A stretch of DNA of 63,264 nucleotides, counting the filler, from Sluysia triapertura (lineage: Eukaryota), in assembly GCA_046118255.1 (NCBI GenBank). It is 4 parts of 4 records of this genome, joined end to end, with 100 filler letters (N's around TTAATTAATTAA, not from the genome) between each part and the next. Parts side by side here need not be neighbours in the genome. Positions count along the whole stretch, not along the records: positions 1 to 17,030 come from JBJNIA010193382.1; 3 more parts are not named here. One strand, given 5' to 3'. Made by a program: the position numbers and the translations under genes. Below, piece by piece: positions 1 through 11,506 of the stretch (positions within the stretch are counted from its first letter, which is position 1; each line of letters opens with the position of its first letter). Below the pieces are notes generated by a model, which saw only the letters and a program-made list of their open reading frames with translations, searched no databases and was not told the DNA's origin.

Positions 1-2189
1 TATATTTGTGAATAAACAAAAGTTTCTCAGACAATCTCTTTAATAATTACTACATTTTATATTTATAATAATAAATAAATAATTATATTTATAAGTTTTA
101 TTTTTATGTGTAACAATAAAAGAAATCATATGATTTATACATATTGTTTTGTTACCTTTATAATACCGATGAAATATCTGAAAATATAAATAATGCGGTG
201 TATTGTATGGCTTTTTAATTATACATTATAAATTAAAAATAAATTTTGAAAATAAATAAAATTTTAATTTTGTATTAAATGAAAATCATGAAATATATCA
301 TTTATTGTTTTGTTATTCTCTAAATTAAGTAAAATCTTTAATAAAATTTTAAAAATGACTGATAAAAATACAAAAATTAATATTGCATATAAGCTTTAGA
401 AAATCATGTCTGAAATAATATTTAATATAATAGATTAATGAATGTGAAATTTCAGGAATACATCCTTCACATAAGGAAACTGTATTACGACAATAAAACT
501 ATTAGACAAAATAGGTTTCTTTAAAATATAAAGGTTATTACTGCAACATAGTTACATGAAGAAATTTTTGGTGAACATATGCTTATGATTTATCCACGAA
601 TTAAAATATACAATAGACGTGTCAGTAGCTGTAACAACAACTGGTAAAATTATGCAAAATATATCTATAAATGTATCTATATATTTATAAAATTATCTAT
701 ATATCTGTGAAGGACTATAAATTCCTTTGTTATTCACTTATGTTTAATTAAAATTTTATTAAATCTCCAAAACTAGTTATTATCTAAATCCTGTGTTAAA
801 ATTAATATTTAAATATATAATCGAGATGCTATAATATAAACAATAACATTAAAATGTAAAAGCAGAAATTGACAAATGAGTTTATGATTAGAATCAAATA
901 TTTTAATTTATATTATCTTGAGTTTTAAATTATAAATAGTACCTTCATTAAATCAGATATGAAAATATGATTAGTATTTTGCATTAGACATCATAAATTT
1001 ATATAAATAAATTTACCAAACAACATCAAAGAAAATTCCAATTCAGAAATATTCCACTGAAAAAAGTGTTAATAAACAAGTAACTGAATAATTATTGTAC
1101 AACAAATTTCCTTGCCAAAGGCTGTGAAAATTATGAGAAACTACTACATATTTATATCATTTCTTAACCATTGGGAAAAGTTTTCTTATGTAATATAAAT
1201 GCAAGATAAACTTCAATATTGTTCAAAAGTGTTCTTTGCGCAAATTTTCAGGATAACATTATAAAATATTACCCTTCTTAGAAAAAGATTGTAAGTGTAA
1301 ATTAAGTTTTTCTTAATTTATTAAGAAAATTTATTTAATCTTTATTAACCAATCAACCAAAAATTGGAATATAAAAGTCCAAAATAAATTTATAGTCCAA
1401 CATTTCTGTATTGTTCTGAAATTTTTAATATTTTATTTTTTTACAAAACTTTATATTTCACTAAGCAACTTTTAAGAATTCATAACATGTTTATATTTGG
1501 AATGTTTTATCTGTAACCTAAATAAAACTAAATTACTAAATTATTTATGATATTTTTATCGTATTGTTTAAATTTTATTAAAAATCAATAAAATGTCAGA
1601 TCTAGATCATGAAGATACTGAGTATCCTGATAAAATAAATGTTTTATAAATAAATGAAGAAGGATCATTCAGAAAAACCTATTAAGGAAGAGACTTATCA
1701 ATCTGATGAATTATTGAGGGAAATGATGAAATTGTTAAAGTATCATGGGAAAGGAGGAAAGTGAAAATGTGAAATCTGTAGATAAAATAAACTAGAAAGG
1801 ATTTGAAATAGAAGAGATAGAACTAAAATCTGAAGAAAAAGTTATTTGCATCGATAAAGATTTGCTGGTGTCCAAAAAAGAATCTAGTAATACAGATATT
1901 AAAGACATTGATTTCAATCTGGAAACGTTTTTCACAATACATAAAACAGAAAAATTAAATTAACAGCAAAACAAATGACAGAAGCGAACGAATCTATTGT
2001 TTATGATCATGTCGATGATATTTTACACTGTAAAATTAGAAAAATTAGTTGATCAAAATGATTCACAATTTAGACTCATTGAAAACACCAACAATGAAGA
2101 TTATTCAACAGAAATCATTTGTGTAGTTTCTGATGAAATGGAAAATATTTCTAATCTTACAATGAATGCAAAAACGAAATTAAATGTGT

Positions 2190-2208
2190 CAATAATAAGA
2201 ATAATAAC

Positions 2209-2250
<42 letters not shown>
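2190..2250. repeat. (TAA)n microsatellite
   Basis: Direct trinucleotide run. Confidence 0.95.
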
Positions 2251-2251
<1 letters not shown>

Positions 2252-3751
2252 TTTTTAAAAATTAATAATTTAATAATAAGAAGTCGCTGTTTTCTTATGG
2301 TATAAAATGAATACCAAATTTAGCGGTAATAACAAATTGTGATATTATATTTTGGAAAACAAAATTTGATCTGTATGAAGTTGTTAGGAACAAAGATAAT
2401 GCGACTTATATAAAACAGATGAACGATGAAGTTGTTACGAATGCAGATTATATTTCTTATGTAAAGCAGGTGATGTATAATTTAGATATGAATGCAGATC
2501 ATACGTTCCTCGTTGAAGATACGATTAGTAAACCTAATGTAAAAGCAATCGAGACAATGTTTTATGCATCAAAGATAATTATTGAATAAAAATCAGATTG
2601 TTCAAAAACCATTCGTTTGATGTCAAAGTCTTAAAATTATTCTTTTATCGCAGGACGTAATCATTCTGTTTAACATCAGTCCCTGAACAAGGAGTTACTA
2701 TGCTTCTCAAGACTCTGGAATTCTTTCTCCCATAATTTACAACAAGTTAATCGTTGTGTTTTATTTTGGTGCGTTTCAATTAAAATTATTTGTTAAAAAG
2801 TTTGAATCCATGATATCTTTTATAATTGATAATGATAATAAACTTCTTTTCTATAAATAAATGTTTTAAATAAATGTTTTATTCTAATATTTATTTAATA
2901 CAAAACGTAGCATTGGCATATTACATAATGAAAGTGATTTTCCTTCGTTAGAAGGTAATAAAAGTATGGAAATCATATGGAAAGTTATATCGGAAAATAT
3001 AAAGAAAAATGATATAAAAATAATTAATCACAAGTTTTGGTGATTGAACTTATATTGATTTTTAAAAGAAACTGACTGTGTGTATTAATTAATTAGAGAT
3101 TTCAGGGATAAAAGCAAGTTGATTTCGCTACTATTTTCATAACTATTGAACCATGATTTTGCGTTAGATTCGAGTTATCTTTAAAAGTTAATACTTCGTT
3201 TTAAATTGGTTATATTTGTATTTATTTAAATTTAGGAAACATTACAGTTTTGGTTGAGTTTCTCTTTTAATTTTTATTTTAACGGGTTTTTTATTTGTAA
3301 TCTGAACATTTAATCATGATAGTACATTTACTTATGATAATTGATTAATTGATTGAATTGTAATATTGAAAATATAATTTCTGTTAAATCTATTTTTGAT
3401 TTTCTTAACTTTCATTTCTGAAAAAACATGTTTACATATTTTCTGTGCGATTTAGATAATTATGTGCAAATGAAAAAATAAATTAAGAATAAAGAATATA
3501 AATACTTGCACTGGGATAATTTAGTTTGAAAATGAAAAACAGTAATGAAATATTAAAATATAACCTAAATTAAAAAATTCTAAAATAATCGAATAAAAAT
3601 TCTCCAAAATCATATGTAAATTATTGTTATTTATTAATAAACAAAGAAATGAAAAGGTGTCCTCATAAATATGCTTATATAGTCAGGATAAAATCGCATA
3701 TAATTTACTTTTCTTTTAAAAGTAATAGGAATATATTTTGTTATCAAATCC

Positions 3752-3754
<3 letters not shown>

Positions 3755-3802
<48 letters not shown>
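3755..3802. repeat. (TAA)n microsatellite
   Basis: Direct trinucleotide run. Confidence 0.95.
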
Positions 3803-3803
<1 letters not shown>

Positions 3804-6796
3804 TTTTATTAACAATATATTATTGGTAATGACTTATTAATGTATATTGATTTATATTGATGTTAATATATGGAGCCTATTGCTATTTTGTTATATGAAA
3901 TAAATTCAGACTTAAAATCGTTATTTAATCTGCAATAGAGTAAATACTAATAAGAATTTGATTTTATATTATTTTATAAAAATTTTCTAAACCTCATAAA
4001 ACTTATATAAATTCTTTTAGATTCTTAAAATAAAAATTGTATTATTCTTTTGGACTAATATTTTAGTTATGTTTTGTTTGTATGAATTAATAATTTAATA
4101 AACAAAAATTGGAAAAAAATTTATTACTTTATTCATTTTTATTTGTATTTATTTTCATAACATAATATTGTATTTTATAATTATAATTATATTTTAAAAA
4201 AATTATATTTTATGTTTGCTGATGTTGTATCTGCCAAAGTAGCTTCAATGAAAATCATATTTTTTTCATATATTTGTTGCAATTTAATGCTAGTTGAAAC
4301 ACATCAAATAATCTTTAATTGCTTAGTTTATTATTTGTCATTAAAAATTCTTACTTCAAAGTTTCAGGAACAAATGTTTCTATTTTATATATTGAATTTT
4401 TTACAATAATACCGAATTTTTGGTAGCTAAAATGTTTACTAATAAAAATATTGTGTTTTTAAAAGAAGTATAAAATATAAATGTAATATTTGATTGTATT
4501 AAATGTTTGCAATAAATTAATTTTTCATTATTAATAGTTTTCTAGATAGCAATTTTATAATTAACTACTTACTTATAATTTTAAGAGTAATATAAAAAAT
4601 TAAAATTTTAAAATAATTATAATATATCTTTAAAAAATATAAAATTAATAATTTATTAAAACAATATAATTATAAATTAAAACAGTACACAATGAAAATA
4701 CAATTGATATTGCAAAAGAAAACTTTTATTTATGTTAATTAAACTTACTTTATAATTGAAAATTAATGACTGATTTTAACAAATTCTAAAATGTATTAAA
4801 TAAATACAGTAAAAAGTTTAGTTTATTAAAGTAAATTCAATTAATAGTATTTCAAGTTTGTTAATTCATAATAAAGAAATGTATTTGTTTAAAAGTGCTT
4901 TGTTTAGAATTTTACTTTTTATACTTTTACTGCTTTCTTTGATTTTCAAAATTTACTTTGACTACATATTTGTGATTCTTATTAAACATTATATATAAAC
5001 AGTTTTTATTTTCGACTAGCGCTGAAATCTGATTTTTCCATATCACTTAATGCATTTGATACGTTTTCATGGTAATGAAAGCAAAAAAAATTTCAAAAGA
5101 AGGATGCAAAATACAAAAAAAGTCAGGTAAAAAATACAAGCAAGTATTCCTAAAAGATGAAAAATGCAATATTGTCAGTAAAGGAAACACTAAAAAAATG
5201 AGAGAAATCCAATAAAAGATGCAAGAGATACAAATGGAAAAAAATTCATAACGATTTTTTAAAATATAATGATTTAAGTCATTAATTAGTATATTTAACA
5301 TGTAATATTTGAAAATTATAATAATTTTTATTTAATACATAATGATTTTTATCTATTAATTCTTTAACAATCCAAAAGTTTTAAATCATGCTACGCCATA
5401 AACGGATGTACAATTTCATGATGGTACGCCTATCTCTCGTTTTATGCGGCACTATTTTATATGATTTCGGTTTTAGGCGGTTCATTTTGATCTTAAACAG
5501 TTTATTTTCAATATTTAATTTTATATTTTTTAAAATTAAATAAACGATTGATAGGCATAATCAGATTTCACCAAATATGTTTTTGTTTTACACCACAAAA
5601 GACATCATCAGAAATCGAAAATAATGAAATTTGTCTACACAACTATATTAATAATGAAATAAGTATTGTTAGTGGTCAAATGATATCATTTTTCATAGAT
5701 GGTAAGCGGGTAGGCAAAAGAAGCCAATAATCGCTTTTTTACTTGTAAAATTAACAATGCCAAATAGTTGAAAATGTTAGTAAAAAAAGATCAATGTTTT
5801 AAGAATATTAAAATTCACATTATCGTTATTAGTTCCTTGTTTAGTATTGGGTCAATTACATAGTTTTGTCACGCCTTAAGTTGGCTTTATATTTAACCAT
5901 TGTAGTGGCCAACACTCACAACCTAAAATTTATTAAAACATTACATTCAACATTCATAACTCAAAATTTCACTAAAATATAATTCCCAAAACAATCACAC
6001 TTCTTACCATCGAACTACACCAACTCAATCATCACAAACAATATTACACATTCATAACATCTTAACAACTCTTATTCAACAAGAACTCGATTAACACTTT
6101 CAATCATTCACTCCACACATTGCTTTGATAATTAATCTCGAATAATTCACAACATTCACTCAAAAGCTATTTCTTCAAACAAACTACAACCACAATATAT
6201 AATACACAAATCATAAACACAATAACACTATTCAACAACGTTAACAAATACCTCAGAAATAGAAAACATTTACATTAAAATCTTTAATCAACTACACCAA
6301 GCTAAATCTACTTCATTTATACATATTTATCATCAACATTTATTCTTAACAGCATTATAAATACATTAAGATTTATTTTGTAATCTTCGCTTAAAAGTAA
6401 ATAAACTAAAACCTTTCAATAAGCATCTCAAACTATCATATTCAAGGATCAAATCTTATTTTTAGTTCCAACTCTTAATAAATTTCAATAAGTTTTTCTA
6501 ACATTCTTCGTTTCAATTACTACTCAATTCATTTCTATTTCCTTTAAAAATAAACAATCAAGCTTTAAACAATTCATTATCTTAATGTGAAACAACAACG
6601 ATAACCGAAACGTAACATACCTCGTTACCGTTGTTCTTTCACATCATGTCAATTGTTTTCGTTTTCCTTTTACCTTCTTTCAATTTTATTCATTTATTCA
6701 TATGTAGAAATTAAAGAAATAAAAAGATAAGTTCGTGTACAAGTTCAAAGATATTTATGCACTTTAATTTCAATTATTAATAATAGTAATGACAAT

Positions 6797-6831
6797 ATTA
6801 TTATTGTTATTACTGTTATTATTATTATTAC

Positions 6832-6888
<57 letters not shown>
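6797..6888. repeat. (ATT)n microsatellite
   Basis: Direct trinucleotide run. Confidence 0.95.
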
Positions 6889-8149
6889 GCGGTCCCATAA
6901 TCAACAATAAATTTAAAATTTAACCAAGGCACTTTGATTTTACTCCAACTGCTGCAAATTTAAATGATCAACTTATTATTCTATTTTAATCTAATGCCTT
7001 TTTTACACCCAACATTAAAAATGACACAAAGAAAATGTGGAGCAAGCTTAGATGTAAAATGTATACAATGTTTATATTAGAAAGTCTGATACTAAGATAA
7101 ATCATTTTATGCAAACATTTTTAACGAAAAATAAAACATTTTCATTTACAAAGCAATCCCCTAAAGCTATGCTTGAACTAGACACTCCCGACTTATGATC
7201 GTCGCTACAACAAACAAATTTTGTTGTGGCGCTATTGACGAAAAAAATTGGTAGGGCATTCGACAAAGTTCCACGAATACTTATTATACAATTGACGATA
7301 TTCTATCATAATTAGTTTATTACGTTTTCATCTGATAGGCACATACTAGAGTCGCAAATATGAGATTCACTTAACTTAACCTTAGTCATTCTCGTTAAAA
7401 ATGCGATAGGCTTTCCTATAAATACTTTAACTCTTTTCAAATTATAGACATAAATCCTTTACTACTTTTAACGTATAATCTTCTCTTCCATCAGATTAAC
7501 ATTGAATCAAACTTATTATAAAATCAATGTTATATTACTTTATAATATCGATATTAATTAAATAAATGAAAATATTATAAGTTACTAAAAATTAATACAT
7601 AAATTAATGTATAAGTAGACATATCGTTACCTAATAATGTGTCTGGGTTCAACGGAAAAATCCAAAATCATTTTAGCATTTAATTTAAGACTGTTTAACA
7701 TTAATGTAATTTTTTTTATCACATTGTAACTTTTGGAGTTAAATTTTTTTACTATTTTCACCATCACTTTATAATTCCCACGTTCCTACATTATCTTAAA
7801 ATTATTTTAAAAGAAAATAATCATTTGCTATTTTTAGAGTAGTTTTATCAATAGTCTTAACAATATTCAAGATAAAAAATAAGCTGAATTAGTATTAATT
7901 AATCTTATAAATCTTATAAATCATCATAATTTTTAAACATTTTACTGTAGTAAAATAAATTATTAATACTTTATTTTAAATTAAGTAACTATATTCTCAA
8001 ATTGTTCATTTCGCATCACTCTTTCCTCATTCATTCACCAATCATTAATAATCAATTTCTCCATTCCAAAAAAGAAATTCTAGATTATTTTAGAGAAACA
8101 TGTATCACTTTAATTTACTTATTTTACTTTGACACTCTTTATTAAGAAT

Positions 8150-8640
8150 GGTATTAACAAAGCCTGACGAATATATTGTGCATCCTGAACACCATTATAT
8201 TCATACCTATGTTGTCTTGACGCAATAATTCTTTCACACCCTTTTCAATGCAATATTTGGGCTTGGGTGTTTGAATATTATTCATAACTGTTTGTTAACT
8301 ACTAAATCAGTTAAACCACATAGACTGTTTTTATTTAATTCTAAGACTATTAAATCATTATCAAGTCCATATCCTACTAATATTTTTCCTTTCAATAACA
8401 ATCCCACATAGGTAATAACAGCTCCTTTTCCGAAAATATGTGAATCTTGTAAAAATATTTGTTAGACAGTTCCGAGATGTAGTTTTAGCAACAAAATCCT
8501 TTATAGTTTTAATATAAGGAATATAAAAATAATTAAATGGTCTCTTATAGAATTCTAAACATACGGTAGATTGTTTGTTGGGGAATGCAAGAGATAATGA
8601 AATTTGACATTTTATAATATAGGTTCTTTCCGCCATTTGT
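8150..8640 (-). pseudogene. Decayed DEDDh 3'-5' exonuclease (REX4/ISG20-like)
   Basis: A minus frame different from the listed ORF reads ...VGLLLKGKILVGYGLDNDLIVLEL (about 8340-8410), matching the REX4/ISG20 Exo II motif LKG(K/R)ILVGHxLxNDL. Shifted downstream frames give PNIALKRV and NGVQDAQYIRQAL (Exo III-like). Stops and frameshifts are present. Confidence 0.55.
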
Positions 8641-9829
8641 ACATTTATTTCATTTTACAGAATAAATTTGAATTTCCTCAGCATATGACAAATGTTTCTG
8701 TGATACTTTATAAAAGTAATTCGGATGTTCATTAATCAAAATCCTATTAATCCTATTCTACTATTAAATTTTAATAAGTTGGGTATTTAAATGCATTTTC
8801 AAATTCATTAAATCATTAATTTTGTTTATGATATCTTAACTAAATCTTTCGATCATGATAATTATGTTAGTGAAAGATAAAGGTAAACATAAGGATTGCG
8901 ACTCATGATAACAAGGTGAATTAAACATCATTAAATAATTAAGATAAGGTATTGTGATTAATTGTAATGGCAAAATAACATAAAAAATACATGAATTAAA
9001 AGAAAGAATGAGAAATAAGAAGAAATAACTCCTTACAAGGTTTTATTTGTTAAAATATTAAAGTACATTTGCTAATTACTTTAATTAAAATTTGTTTAAT
9101 TTTATAAATAAATAAAAAAGTTTGCTCATGATATAATGATATTGGACCTAGTGTATAATTATGAGTTATATTAGTATTTTTAGTAATAAAGTATTACGAA
9201 GCAAATCGACATAGATAACGTAAAAAATAGTTATTTTAATTAGTTCTATTGTTTTTATTTAATAAAATCTAAACGATTTTCGCTTTTAATATTAGTTTTA
9301 ACATTTCGAAAATTCTAATGTAGGTAAATTTAAATCTTAGAAGTTAGTAGATTAACTCATTTTGTATGTTAAAATTGATAATACTTTATTATAAAAATTG
9401 AATAACGCATAAAATAAAAATATTAGTGAATTTAGAACAAATAAGCATAGTGAATTAGTAAAATAGATTTAATAAAAGGTAAAGTACTGTATTGTAAAGT
9501 TAATATATTGTAAGATTTAAAAATTATCACAATCGGGAGTGGAAATTTTCAAACTAGGTAATTGTACCTCTTGGGGATCAAATAACCACTATTAATTGCG
9601 TTAAATAAAAATCTTTCAAAACTAAGCAAACATTTTAAAATGGATTTTAAGGCATTATATTTATTAAATTATTAAAAAGTTAAAAAATATTTTTTGAGTT
9701 AAATTTTTCGAAGTTTGAAACATTTTTCTAAAGCTAAAATAAGAAATAACCAAAAAACACTAAAGTATATTATTATGAAAAAAAACAAAAACACACTAAA
9801 ATGTAAATCATAATATAGTGTCCGGACCT

Positions 9830-10177
9830 TTAAACCTTTCTAGGGATGATTTCCCGAGCCTCATAATAAGTGTTGTTCACAAAGAACAAATATTCTTGAA
9901 CCAGACCACTGAGGTGTTGACCTTTGTAGTTTATTACTATTTTATTGCTTGCCCGTTCTTCACGTCTTACCATTCTTGCTAACGTAAAGATTGTTGTGTT
10001 GCATCTTACAAATACGCTTATCTTAGGTCCGCCAAATAGGCAAAATTCAGTATTGAATTGTTTGCCTATATTAATAATTATTCTTTACGGAATCTTCGCA
10101 AATTGTTTTCAATTAGAATATGGGGGGTTCCATAAAATGAGATCAGCGGCCTCAGCAGTCCTAAAATTGTTGCCTGT
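9830..10177 (-). pseudogene. Decayed amino-methyltransferase-like frame (NPPY motif IV)
   Basis: 116-codon minus frame TGNNFRTAEAADLILWNPPYSN*KQFAKIP*RIIINIGKQFNTEFCLFGGP...KV* with two internal stops. NPPY is at 10118-10129, in a G-x-x-F-(x)n-D-x-I-x-x-NPPY-S context. Confidence 0.4.
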
Positions 10178-10803
10178 TTAGTATAATATAGTTTAGTATA
10201 ATATAGGAATAAGGGTTGGTAGCGTGTTCATTATTGATTACATTTTGTATTAATACGCGTGCTAAAATTTAAATAAGTTGTGTCACCCTGATTATGATTT
10301 ATCATTGAAGATTAATTTAAACTAATATAAAGAATAATTTGTATTGTTGTTATAGAGAATATTTTAGTTGTAAACTTCTGATAATATAAAGAATAGATTT
10401 TGAATTTATTTAATTATTGAATTTTAATTGATAATCTATAAAATTTAAAAGTATGACACAACAATTATACAATGATCATACACACAAAAAAATGATCATT
10501 AAAAATGAATGATTGATAAAAATTAATCAAGGTAAAATGTTATTGATTGTTTATTTTATTTTCGAAAAATTATATTCCTTAATTATTCATCTTTCTTCTG
10601 TTAAATTATTAAATGATTGTTATCCCAACAACCCATTAGACTGTTAGGCATGTTTCGCCACTTTCTGTGAGACAAATATGTATTAGCATTTGCCTTTCCT
10701 TTTATTACTATTATTAAATTTTTGTTTTAATTTACAAACTATAATTGCTCTTTACTAAAGATATTTGTACATTTTGAAAATTTTTAAAATATTTTGTAAT
10801 TAG

Positions 10804-11506
10804 AATAAACCATTATTTGGCGATAAGTTACAAATTAATGTTTTTCATGCATCCTCGGATATTACCAAGGATGTTATTCAAGAATTCTGATTGCAGACAC
10901 ATTTGAACAGATTCGACCTTGTATCGATGAAACTTTTAAGCAATGTTTGCTGTATAATTTGAAAAGTATATTAAGTGTCATGATAGAATACAGATTTTAT
11001 TACAATTTAAATTTATTTAATCTCGATGCATACGGATGTCCAACGCTGCGTTTTTATAAAGATCTGCTCATCTCGAAAATTTTAGTTATCGGTATCGTCA
11101 TCGTATCATATATTTGCTAAAGCAAACTAATCCATTTTAAAACAGTTTTATGGTCACCTCAGAATTAATGTTTCGTATGGAAGATATTCATGAATTGGAT
11201 TTCGTTTACCGTGATATAGAACAGGATCATTTTTTAGTTCTTTTTGATTGTAGTGTCATTAGACACACTCTATGTGATGCTGATCTTGGCCTAATTAAAC
11301 ATCATCTGAAACCTAAAGGTAAAGCTCATGTCGAATTTTCGAAAATTCACTCTGCAATGCGAGAATCTGAGTGTATGAATATGAACATACTTTATGGAAG
11401 TCAGCAAACTGGAAGAGATCAGATAGAAGCTATAGGTTATGTTTCCTTTTTTGTTTTTAAAGGGAAATTTACCTTGTCAGGACTGGAACGTTCAGTCGAA
11501 CCATAG
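10804..11506 (+). pseudogene. Casein kinase I gamma-like pseudogene
   Basis: Successive broken frames give LVSMKL, IEYRFYYNL, GCPTLRFY, then MFRMEDIHELDFVYRDIEQDHFL...DADLGLIK...GSQQTGRDQIEAIGY...KG...SGL. These are colinear with CK1-gamma (VAIKL, LEYRFYKQL, YRDVKPENFL, DFGL, EQSRRDDLEALGH, WQGL). In-frame stops are present and catalytic motifs are degraded. Confidence 0.75.

Noticed and set aside
3649-3840. Poly-Ile and poly-Tyr ORFs (also the tail of 1997-2305, 17277-17486 and the tail of 60878-61207)
   Set aside because: The homopolymers are translations of (TAA)n/(ATT)n microsatellites.
7245-7295. IGRAFDKVPRIL, resembling the LINE RT motif KAFDxVP
   Set aside because: Isolated short match without flanking RT motifs.
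9945-10181. 78-aa plus-strand ORF
   Set aside because: No motif; it is the antisense shadow of the minus-strand NPPY frame.
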